Source: Fibrobacter succinogenes subsp. succinogenes S85 (lineage in GTDB: Bacteria > Fibrobacterota > Fibrobacteria > Fibrobacterales > Fibrobacteraceae). From it: a stretch of 32,000 bases of DNA. Of this stretch, positions 7,642-14,741 are shown in pieces. The DNA is taken from positions 870,001 through 902,000 of the forward strand of contig NC_017448.1 in NCBI RefSeq assembly GCF_000146505.1, read 5' to 3'. The position numbers and the translations under genes are program-made. How positions within the stretch are numbered: the stretch's first letter is position 1; each line of letters begins with the position of its first letter. Below the pieces are notes generated by a model. The model saw only the letters and a list, made by a program, of their open reading frames with translations, was not told where the DNA came from and did not search any database.

Positions 7642-8003
7642 TGGAACAAGGGCGAATCCGACTCAAAGACGTTCAATTTGATTGCATTGTAGGCATACTC
7701 CCCTACGAACGCGAAAACGAACAGCCAATCATCTTGAACCTGACCCTTTGGTTGGACTTTGCCAAAGCTGCAGAAACTGAAGATTTAAACGAATCTATCG
7801 ACTATGCAAAGCTGGCGGAAGAACTCAAAGGGTTCATCCGCCTTTCTTGTTTTAAGCTAGTTGAAACGCTTGTCGTAAAGACCGCAGAATACGTCTTGGA
7901 ACATTATCCCAAAGCAACCGCAGTCGAAGTCTCTGTTGCAAAGCCCCAAGCCGTCCCCGGTTGCCTCGGCGCCGAAGCAAGCGTTAAAATCAGTAGACAG
8001 TAG
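7635..8003 (+). CDS. folB: Dihydroneopterin aldolase
   Basis: 122 aa. Reads L.VQFDCIVGILPYERENEQPIILNLTLWLD ... DLNESIDYAKLAEEL, typical of the FolB tunnelling fold. The start (ATG 7635 or 7641) overlaps the upstream stop codon (ATGGTAATGG). Confidence 0.8.
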   Translation: MVMEQGRIRLKDVQFDCIVGILPYERENEQPIILNLTLWLDFAKAAETEDLNESIDYAKLAEELKGFIRLSCFKLVETLVVKTAEYVLEHYPKATAVEVSVAKPQAVPGCLGAEASVKISRQ

Positions 8004-8020
8004 GCGGTAGGAAGTAGGAA
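7985..8020. repeat. Second copy of the AAAAT-AGTAGACAGTAGG element plus GTAGGAA heptads
   Basis: TAAAATCAGTAGACAGTAGG (7985-8004) matches TAAAATTAGTAGACAGTAGG at 4185-4204 with one mismatch. It is followed by GTAGGCG GTAGGAA GTAGGAA. The folB stop codon TAG (8001-8003) lies inside the element. Confidence 0.7.
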
Positions 8021-8039
8021 GGAGACTTGTCCGAGCCAG

Positions 8040-9569
8040 TCATCCTCTAAAGGCGCGGTAGCGCAGAGCTTCGGAGAGATCCATAATGTCTACAGCGGAG
8101 GCGCCGCGCAAGTCGGCAATCGTGCGCGCAACTTTTAACAACCTAAAGTATCCGCGCGCACTCAATTCCATTTTAGCGGCAGCATTTACCGCAAAGCTTT
8201 CTACAGCAGGTGTCATCGCCGCAAATTTCCGTGCATATTCCGATGACATTTCAGCATTGGACTTAAACGTCAAATTGCGGAAGCGTTCCCGCTGAATTAC
8301 ACGAGCCGCACATACGCGCCTACGAATATCTGCAGAGGACTCCCCTCGCCCTTTTATCGCAAACATCGCAGCATCAACAGGTGGCACGCTCACCTGAATG
8401 TCAATACGGTCCAATAACGGTCCCGAAATTTTTTCACGATAACGTTTACGCGCTTCGGGCAAGCAAGTGCATTCACGCTTCGGATCCATAGAATAGCCAC
8501 ACGGACACGGGTTCATTGCAGCGCCCATCATAAACCGAGCAGGCCACACCACAGTACCGCTTGCTCGGCTAACCGATATTTCTCCTTCTTCCATCGGCTC
8601 GCGTAACGCTTCCAAGACACTCCGGTTGAACTCAGGCAGTTCATCCAGAAACAGTACCCCATTATGCGCCAAGCTCGCCTCGCCCGGCAAAAGCCTAGTG
8701 CCGCCGCCCACAAGCGAAACCATCGACGCTGAATGATGCGGTGAACGAAATGGTCTAGCAAGCACAGGTTTAAATTCGTCAGAATCACCTGCACTACGAG
8801 CACACGAATGAATTCGCGTCGTTTCCAAAATTTCCTGTTCAGTCATTTCAGGAAGAATCCCCGGCAAGCATTTCGCACAAAGTGTTTTACCCGCCCCAGG
8901 CGAACCTACAAGCAAAAAATTATGCGCACCAGCAGCGGCAATTTCAAGCGCACGCTTTACGCCATCCATCCCCACCACATTCTTAAAATCAGGAACCTTA
9001 TCGTCAACGTCAACGCGGTACGACGCAATCCCTTTTGCAACTTTCACATCTTGACAGGAATTGCGCGTCAAAATTTCAACACATTCCCCAAGTGTATCCG
9101 CACAAACAAAATGAATACCTTCCACCAGCGAAGCCTCCTGCACATTCCCTCGCGGAATAACGAGAATGCACTTACGTTCTGTAGACAAATTCATTGCGAT
9201 GGATAACACTCCACGGACAGGCTTCAACAAACCATCCAATGAAAGTTCGCCCACAAAGACATAGCGTTCCAACTGAGGGATTTCAATCTCACCCGTTGAA
9301 ACAAGCAAGCCAATCGCCAGCGGAAGGTCTAAAGCACTCCCCTCCTTTCGCAAATCCGCCGGTGACAGATTCACCGTTGTACGGAAACCTGTCACCACTT
9401 TCCCGATGGAACGTATCGCCGAAACGACGCGCTCACGAGATTCCCTTACCGCATTGTCCGGGAGCCCAACAAGAGTAAAACCAGGCAGTCCTTGAGCGGC
9501 ATCGACTTCAACACTCACGGAAACGGCCTTTATTCCAAACAAGCAATAAGAACGGATTCTACGAAACAA
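8040..9569 (-). CDS. comM: YifB/ComM family Mg-chelatase-like ATPase
   Basis: 509 aa. N-terminal Lon-like domain (VSVEVD...GLPGFTLVGLPDNAVRESRERV), Walker A GSPGAGKT, Walker B VLFLDELPEF, the Cys cluster NPCPCGY...CTC, and a C-terminal ChlI-like helical domain. Confidence 0.93.
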   Translation of the reverse strand: MFRRIRSYCLFGIKAVSVSVEVDAAQGLPGFTLVGLPDNAVRESRERVVSAIRSIGKVVTGFRTTVNLSPADLRKEGSALDLPLAIGLLVSTGEIEIPQLERYVFVGELSLDGLLKPVRGVLSIAMNLSTERKCILVIPRGNVQEASLVEGIHFVCADTLGECVEILTRNSCQDVKVAKGIASYRVDVDDKVPDFKNVVGMDGVKRALEIAAAGAHNFLLVGSPGAGKTLCAKCLPGILPEMTEQEILETTRIHSCARSAGDSDEFKPVLARPFRSPHHSASMVSLVGGGTRLLPGEASLAHNGVLFLDELPEFNRSVLEALREPMEEGEISVSRASGTVVWPARFMMGAAMNPCPCGYSMDPKRECTCLPEARKRYREKISGPLLDRIDIQVSVPPVDAAMFAIKGRGESSADIRRRVCAARVIQRERFRNLTFKSNAEMSSEYARKFAAMTPAVESFAVNAAAKMELSARGYFRLLKVARTIADLRGASAVDIMDLSEALRYRAFRG

Positions 9570-9581
9570 GTTGCACCTGCC

Positions 9582-9914
9582 TTATGCTACTGCAGCCTGA
9601 TACTTTTCAAGCACGCAATTTTCAATGTGTTCACGCAGCTGACGCGTAATCGGCAAGCACACGGTGCGATAATCTTCGCCCTTGTAGAACGTATCAATCG
9701 GGTAGCCCACAAACATGCCATTTTCACCATCCATCACGCGGAGTCCACGAATCTGGATTTGGTCGTTCAGCACGATTGTCGCAAGCCCTTTCATGTGACC
9801 TAGGTTTGCTCCTTCCTTGAACGGAAATACTTGAACATTCGTCACGGCAAGGCAATCAAATGCCGGAGACATTGCAGGGAAACCAGAGGTTTTCTTTTCT
9901 GTTTTTTCAGCCAT
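9582..9914 (-). CDS. spoVG: Septation/regulatory protein SpoVG
   Basis: 110 aa. Reads VTNVQVFPFKEG..LGHMKGLATIVLNDQIQIRGLRVMDGENGMFVGYP. A strong SD (AGGAGG) lies 5 nt upstream. The stop is 12 nt upstream of comM on the same strand, so an operon is probable. Confidence 0.88.
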   Translation of the reverse strand: MAEKTEKKTSGFPAMSPAFDCLAVTNVQVFPFKEGANLGHMKGLATIVLNDQIQIRGLRVMDGENGMFVGYPIDTFYKGEDYRTVCLPITRQLREHIENCVLEKYQAAVA

Positions 9915-10056
9915 ATCGGCCTCCTATTTTTTTGAAGATTAACCGCAGTTGAACGCACTCGCATTCTTGCGGAACGCTACACAGTATGCAAAAGACGTGC
10001 CAAAGACAAAATCGGCGTTTTTATGCAAAATTCGGCATTTCCATTCGAATAAAAAA

Positions 10057-10088
10057 GTGATTAATCGATTTAATCACTGATTAATCAG
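10057..10088. promoter_or_regulatory. Operator-like cluster of TGATTAATC(A/G) palindromic half-sites
   Basis: GTGATTAATCG-ATTTAATCAC-TGATTAATCAG. TGATTAATCA (10078-10087) is a perfect 10-bp palindrome, and GTGATTAA/TTAATCAC form a second inverted repeat. It sits in the divergent spoVG / 10152 intergenic region. Confidence 0.4.
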
Positions 10089-10151
10089 TTATTTTAACAC
10101 ATACAAAGTAATGCATTTTGTGCCTATAAAAAATTTTCTACCTTATCAACC

Positions 10152-10700
10152 ATGCTTTTAAAACCGAATATGCAATGGACGGCCAACCAGGGAATCATTC
10201 ACCCAATGGTCACAGCCGAGTTTTCGCAAACGACAAACAGCGTCGTCGTCAAGTTTACCGTAGAAGAACCTTTGGACTGCTATCGCGCCGCCGTTCAAGA
10301 AGACAACGGACGCAGCTGGGAAGATTCCTGCGTGGAAATCTTTTTGCAGAATCCGGCAAACCCGGCCGAATATTTCAACTTCGAAACGACAAGCCGAGGC
10401 TTTGTACTCGCCGCCCGTGGAATTGACCGCAATAACAGACAAACGCTCCCGCTCGATACGATCGCAAAAATCAAGCGTTCAGGAACTACGCCATGCATCC
10501 AAGACGATTCCGTCTACTGGACAATGACGATTGAAATTCCTGCCGAGATTTTTGGAATTAAATCATTCCAGGCGCCACTCCGCGGAAACCTCTACAAGTG
10601 TGCCGATAAAGCAAACAAGCCCCATTACCTGAGCGCGTTCCGCATAGAAACAGAAAAACCGGACTTTCACCGTCCGGAATTCTTTCAAGTTTTAGGATAA
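10152..10700 (+). CDS. Hypothetical protein, carbohydrate-binding family 9 (CBM9/DOMON)-like
   Basis: 182 aa with no signal peptide. The stretch SWEDSCVEIFLQNP...EYFNFETTSRG resembles the D.vE.F..P....Y.EFe.n..G core of CBM9-like domains. By-eye call. Confidence 0.4.
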   Translation: MLLKPNMQWTANQGIIHPMVTAEFSQTTNSVVVKFTVEEPLDCYRAAVQEDNGRSWEDSCVEIFLQNPANPAEYFNFETTSRGFVLAARGIDRNNRQTLPLDTIAKIKRSGTTPCIQDDSVYWTMTIEIPAEIFGIKSFQAPLRGNLYKCADKANKPHYLSAFRIETEKPDFHRPEFFQVLG

Positions 10701-10702
10701 AA

Positions 10703-10738
10703 GGCGATTCCGGCACAGAGGCCGGAATGACAGTCGCC
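10703..10738. terminator. Hairpin at a convergent gene junction; REP-like palindromic element (copy B)
   Basis: GGCGA-TTCCGGC-acagag-GCCGGAA-tgacag-TCGCC, sitting between the stops at 10700 (+) and 10740 (-). The arms GCGATTCCGGC / GCCGGAATGAC share a consensus with the 4932..4960 hairpin. There is no strong T-tract. Confidence 0.45.
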
Positions 10739-10739
10739 A

Positions 10740-11495
10740 TTACATCATACGCAATTTCATCTCGAAGACGGCGCGATCATTTTCGTCGAGAATTCGCATG
10801 TACGTAGCCCCATTGTGGTCCGCACGGAAGACTCTCATCGTCTGCCCTTCTTCGGATTCGCCCAAGTAATGAACTTCGAGCTCTGACGGGATGCAGAGTT
10901 CCAAATCCGAAGCGCTAAACACGTTCAACGCAAGCTTCACGTACTCGATGTTGTTCATGTGGTGCGACATATCGATATGTTGCGGCAACACCTTTTGCTG
11001 ATAAACTTCTTCGTACTCTTCTGGTTTCACGTTAAAGCGGTCGAATTCGTCCGTCATAAACGCATCCGGGAATCCTTCCGTCGGGAAGTCCACATCCGAA
11101 AGGCGCATCGGGCGATGGCGATCCAAGCTCAGACAACACATTTCTTGCTTTGCAAAAATAATCGGCTCGCCTTCCACCGTGGTAATCGCCGTATTTTCGT
11201 TCAAACGAATCAGCTGGTTATCTGCCGGGAACGACGTTGTCACGACCTTGTCGCGCCAGTACGGACGCTTGAGGAACTTGAACTTCGCCTTGTAAACGAC
11301 CCAAAAGCCGCCCTTTTCTTTTACCACGAAATTGTCCATTTTCATGGCGCCAAAATTTTCTGTAATATTGTCCTGGACCATGAGCACAGTCTGTGCAAGG
11401 CCCATCTTTCCAGAAACATCAATATAAGCCGAAGTTATTGTTCTCGGCTTTTGGAACACGAGCGGATTTTTCGCCAAAGTATAAATATCAATCAT
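10740..11495 (-). CDS. Acyl-[acyl-carrier-protein] thioesterase (double hot-dog fold)
   Basis: ORF 10740..11741. Starting at the ATG at 11495 (MIDIYTLAK...) gives 251 aa, the typical family length. Each half looks like a hot-dog fold, for example VLPQHIDMSHHMNNIEYVKLALNVF. The alternative ATG at 11531 would overlap the divergent start codon. Confidence 0.65.
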   Translation of the reverse strand: MIDIYTLAKNPLVFQKPRTITSAYIDVSGKMGLAQTVLMVQDNITENFGAMKMDNFVVKEKGGFWVVYKAKFKFLKRPYWRDKVVTTSFPADNQLIRLNENTAITTVEGEPIIFAKQEMCCLSLDRHRPMRLSDVDFPTEGFPDAFMTDEFDRFNVKPEEYEEVYQQKVLPQHIDMSHHMNNIEYVKLALNVFSASDLELCIPSELEVHYLGESEEGQTMRVFRADHNGATYMRILDENDRAVFEMKLRMM

Positions 11496-11529
11496 GGTTT
11501 TAATATAATTTTTTTTATCATTTGGGCGC

Positions 11530-12081
11530 ATGTCTACCGTTATTATTTTCAATAAGCCTTTTGGTGTTTTGAGCCAGTTCACCCCCGAAGCGGGCCACCC
11601 CGCCCTCGATAGCTTCGGATTTCCGCCAGGAGTGTACGCCGCAGGTCGCCTCGACCACGATAGCGAAGGAGCATTGCTCCTGACTGATAACGGCAAGCTC
11701 ATCAAAAAACTTTTGGACCCGAAATACGAGCACCCGCGCACATACCTCGCGCAAGTGGACGGTCAAATCACCGAAGAAGCCGTCTGTAAGCTCGCCAAAG
11801 GCGTAGACATCAAGGGCTACCACACCAAGCCCTGCAAAGCTGAAATTGTCGAAGCCCCGGAATGGATCTGGGAACGCAATCCGCCGGTACGTTTCCGCGC
11901 AAACATTCCCACTAGCTGGGTAAAGCTCACGCTCATTGAAGGCAAGAACCGCCAAGTCCGTCACATGACTGCAGCCGTAGGCTTTCCCACGCTCCGCCTT
12001 GTCCGCGTGCAAATCGGAAACATCCCGCTTGGCAAATTAAAGCCAGGCGAATGGCGCATCGTCACAGACAAAGTTATTTAA
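11530..12081 (+). CDS. rluE: rRNA pseudouridine synthase, RsuA/RluE family (no S4 domain)
   Basis: 183 aa. Reads IIFNKPFGVLSQF, the catalytic GRLDHDSEGALLLTDNG, PRTYLAQVDG and GKNRQVRHMTAAVGFPTLRLVR. The rluE symbol is a best guess based on size and the missing S4 domain. Confidence 0.8.
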   Translation: MSTVIIFNKPFGVLSQFTPEAGHPALDSFGFPPGVYAAGRLDHDSEGALLLTDNGKLIKKLLDPKYEHPRTYLAQVDGQITEEAVCKLAKGVDIKGYHTKPCKAEIVEAPEWIWERNPPVRFRANIPTSWVKLTLIEGKNRQVRHMTAAVGFPTLRLVRVQIGNIPLGKLKPGEWRIVTDKVI

Positions 12082-12194
12082 ACATTCGATTATTCGCCTT
12101 TGATAAATTGACAATGGAAGATTTCTAAAAGCCAATATTTATCCCCTACAAAGAGATATTTTCTTAATAGTAATCACCAAAGGGGGATATTTGG

Positions 12195-13925
12195 ATGCGA
12201 TACACAACAATCAAGGTTGTAGCCTTGTTAGCGGCTACAGCCATAACAGTCTATGCTAACGAAGGCCCGTGCGACATTTACGCCAGGGCAAAAACTCCAT
12301 GCGTCGCAGCACACAGCTTGACACGTGCACTCTACTCCAGCTACAGCGGGAACCTCTACCAAGTCCGCAGAGCCGATGGGCAAACCAAGGACATTCCTGT
12401 CGAAGAGCCGGGAGGCTTTGTCAAATCCTCCGTGCAAGACGACTTTTGTGCAGGTTCCAAATGCACAATTTCAATCATTTACGACCAGAGCAGCTACAAG
12501 AACGACCTGAAAAAATCGCCACCAGTCTATTGGCTAAAAGAAGGCGCCAAGGAAGCGGACGCCAACAGAGCCCCGATTTACATCAGCGGGCGCAAGGCTT
12601 ACGGATTCTATCGCGACGCCTGGTCCGCTACCGGTTACCGCAATAACAACACCAAAGGTGTAGCCACCGGAGACGAAGAAGAATCCATGTACATGGTGGT
12701 TGATGGCAGGCATTACAACGACTTGTGCTGTTTCAACTACGGAAACGCAGAAACGACCGGTAACGATGACGGCCCGGGAACTATGGAATGCATCTACTTC
12801 GGAAGCGACAAGGACTGGGGCGGTCCAGGACAAGGGAACGGTCCGTGGGTAGCCGCGGACTTGGAAGATGGTGTATTCAAGGGAAACGATGCTGGTTGGC
12901 AATGGGGCAAAACCCATACGACACCGTGGCCAAACGCACTTTCTATTGAAGCAGACTATGTAACCGCCATGCTGAAAGGCCCGAACGACGGAACGTTCAA
13001 ACTCAAAGGCGGCAGCGCCCAAAAAGGAAAACTCAACACCATGTGGGATGGCCCACGCAAAAGAGGCTACAGTCCACGCAAGCTGCAAGGCGCCATTGTG
13101 CTCGGTAACGGCGGTGACGGTAGCGACGGCGGCGCAGGAACATTCTTCGAAGGCTGCATGACAATCGGCAACCCGCCAGATTCTATTGACGATAAAGTCC
13201 AGGCAAATATTGTTGCCGCTGGTTACGGAAGCAAAATTGAGCTCAAGAAGCCTGATCCGATTGAACCGTTTAAGGATACGCTTACCATCCCGGGAAAAAT
13301 CGAAGCAGAAAACTACGACAAGGGCGGCAACGGTCAGGGATTCTTGGACACCGACATTGAAAACGAGAATTCCCTCTACCGCGAAGACAATGCAGGCCTC
13401 GACAGCGCAGGCGACGCCATTATTTACGGCTGGGGTTATGCCAACGATTGGCTGCGTTATACGATAAAAGTCTCCAAAAACGATTCGCTCGACATTACCG
13501 CACGCGTATCGTCGCCAAGCGATAGCACATTCTTCTCCATTCTCGTCGATGATAAGGATATCGCCAAAATCATGGTGCCAAACACCAGCGATTGGAAAAA
13601 CTTTGAAACAGTCACTACAACCGTGCCTGCAATTACAGCAGGCGACCATGTACTCAAAATTCAAATAGACAAGCCATACTTCAATCTTGACTGGATTGAA
13701 TTTACAGCGGCAAAAGAAAAAACAGCTTTGCCACAATTCAGCCTGCGCACAAATTCATCGCAAATTTACTCCGTCTATGATGTCCTTGGGAACCGCGTGA
13801 CCTCATTCCAAGCAAGCGAAAGCTCTATGCAAAACATTTGGGATAAAGCTCGTGTAGATCTACCAGGTGGCATTTACGTCATCAAGACCAATAGCAAAAC
13901 AATCCGAATTTCAAATACAAAATAA
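12195..13925 (+). CDS. GH54 alpha-L-arabinofuranosidase (fungal AbfB-type catalytic domain) + CBM6 + T9SS-like C-terminal domain
   Basis: Signal peptide MRYTTIKVVALLAATAITVYA. Residues ~24-345 align by eye along their length with Aspergillus/Trichoderma AbfB (GPCDIY..TPCVAAHS.TRALYSSYSG.LYQV, IIYDQS, GYRNN...ATGDEE.MY.V.DG.HYND.CCF.YGNAET, ME.IYFG, GGDGS.GG.GTF.EG, NIVAAGYG). Residues ~362-505 look like CBM6 (IPGKIEAENYDKGG ... DWIEF). The last ~65 aa are IYSVYDVLGNRV...LPGGIYVIKTNSKTIRI. Confidence 0.9.
   Translation: MRYTTIKVVALLAATAITVYANEGPCDIYARAKTPCVAAHSLTRALYSSYSGNLYQVRRADGQTKDIPVEEPGGFVKSSVQDDFCAGSKCTISIIYDQSSYKNDLKKSPPVYWLKEGAKEADANRAPIYISGRKAYGFYRDAWSATGYRNNNTKGVATGDEEESMYMVVDGRHYNDLCCFNYGNAETTGNDDGPGTMECIYFGSDKDWGGPGQGNGPWVAADLEDGVFKGNDAGWQWGKTHTTPWPNALSIEADYVTAMLKGPNDGTFKLKGGSAQKGKLNTMWDGPRKRGYSPRKLQGAIVLGNGGDGSDGGAGTFFEGCMTIGNPPDSIDDKVQANIVAAGYGSKIELKKPDPIEPFKDTLTIPGKIEAENYDKGGNGQGFLDTDIENENSLYREDNAGLDSAGDAIIYGWGYANDWLRYTIKVSKNDSLDITARVSSPSDSTFFSILVDDKDIAKIMVPNTSDWKNFETVTTTVPAITAGDHVLKIQIDKPYFNLDWIEFTAAKEKTALPQFSLRTNSSQIYSVYDVLGNRVTSFQASESSMQNIWDKARVDLPGGIYVIKTNSKTIRISNTK
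13728..13922 (+). other. T9SS type-A-like C-terminal sorting domain of the GH54 enzyme
   Basis: The pattern (Y.VYD.LGN.V ... L.GGIYVIK ... K) matches the Por-secretion-tail consensus by eye. Confidence 0.5.
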
Positions 13926-13952
13926 CACACTCCTCACAACCAAACTCACTTA

Positions 13953-13980
13953 AGTAGGCTTCGCAAGAAACCTACTTTTC
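13953..13980 (+). terminator. Rho-independent terminator of the GH54 gene
   Basis: AGTAGGCTTC-gcaa-GAAACCTACT followed by TTTTC, 28 nt after the stop. Confidence 0.7.
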
Positions 13981-14031
13981 AATTATATAAAACTTTACTA
14001 TTATTTTAACACAACCTAAAAAGGAGATTCT

Positions 14032-14661
14032 ATGAAAAAGATTTTATCGATTTCGCTTATTTTCGCTGTACTAGTACTTTCTGGTTGCGCCATTCTGACG
14101 GGGACAAGAATGCGCCCCATCGTTCTTGGACAGATGCTCATCTACGTCCGTGTATCAACAGCAAAAGCATATATTGCGACAGAAATGCCTGAGAAACTCG
14201 AAATTGACACCCCATACAACGTCAACTTCCCTTTTTATTACAAAAACGCTGTTCATGACACCACTAAAGGAATCGCCTCCGTTACGTTATTTAATGAAGA
14301 TTTAGAAATGGGTTTCATACTCGCGTCATACAGCAAAGCTGTACAAAACAATCCTGAAGTTTTCCAAAACGACATAAGCGATTCATTAAAGACGACCAGA
14401 ATTTTCACCGCTTACGATGAATTTTTCAAAGATTGTACAAATGAAAACCTTATCGATGCTGACTATAATTCCGAAAAAAAGTATACACACAGATGCTACA
14501 AAATAACACATGATGACGGAACGCCAGAGGAAACCTGCATCGCATCAAGATTAACACCCAAAGGAAATATCGTTGTTGTTTTCATGCGTAGTTTAACGTT
14601 TGACACAAATGTTAGGACAGAACTTTTTGACGCCATTGAAAGTATAGAATTCAAAGACTAG
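14032..14661 (+). CDS. Hypothetical lipoprotein
   Basis: MKKILSISLIFAVLVLSGC is a lipobox. AAGGAG lies 7 nt upstream. The gene is visibly more AT-rich and uses more A/T-ending codons than its neighbours. No family recognised. Confidence 0.65.
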   Translation: MKKILSISLIFAVLVLSGCAILTGTRMRPIVLGQMLIYVRVSTAKAYIATEMPEKLEIDTPYNVNFPFYYKNAVHDTTKGIASVTLFNEDLEMGFILASYSKAVQNNPEVFQNDISDSLKTTRIFTAYDEFFKDCTNENLIDADYNSEKKYTHRCYKITHDDGTPEETCIASRLTPKGNIVVVFMRSLTFDTNVRTELFDAIESIEFKD

Positions 14662-14691
14662 AAACTCCTAAAATTTTCACATACAAGAACA

Positions 14692-14722
14692 CCCCGCAAG
14701 CATAAACTTGCGGGGCGTTTCT
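14692..14722. terminator. Bidirectional terminator between the lipoprotein gene and the fumarate hydratase gene
   Basis: CCCCGCAAG-cataaa-CTTGCGGGG followed by CGTTTCT on the + strand, and by TGTTCTTGT on the minus strand. Confidence 0.7.
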
Positions 14723-14741
14723 ATTGAAAGGGTGGTTTCGA

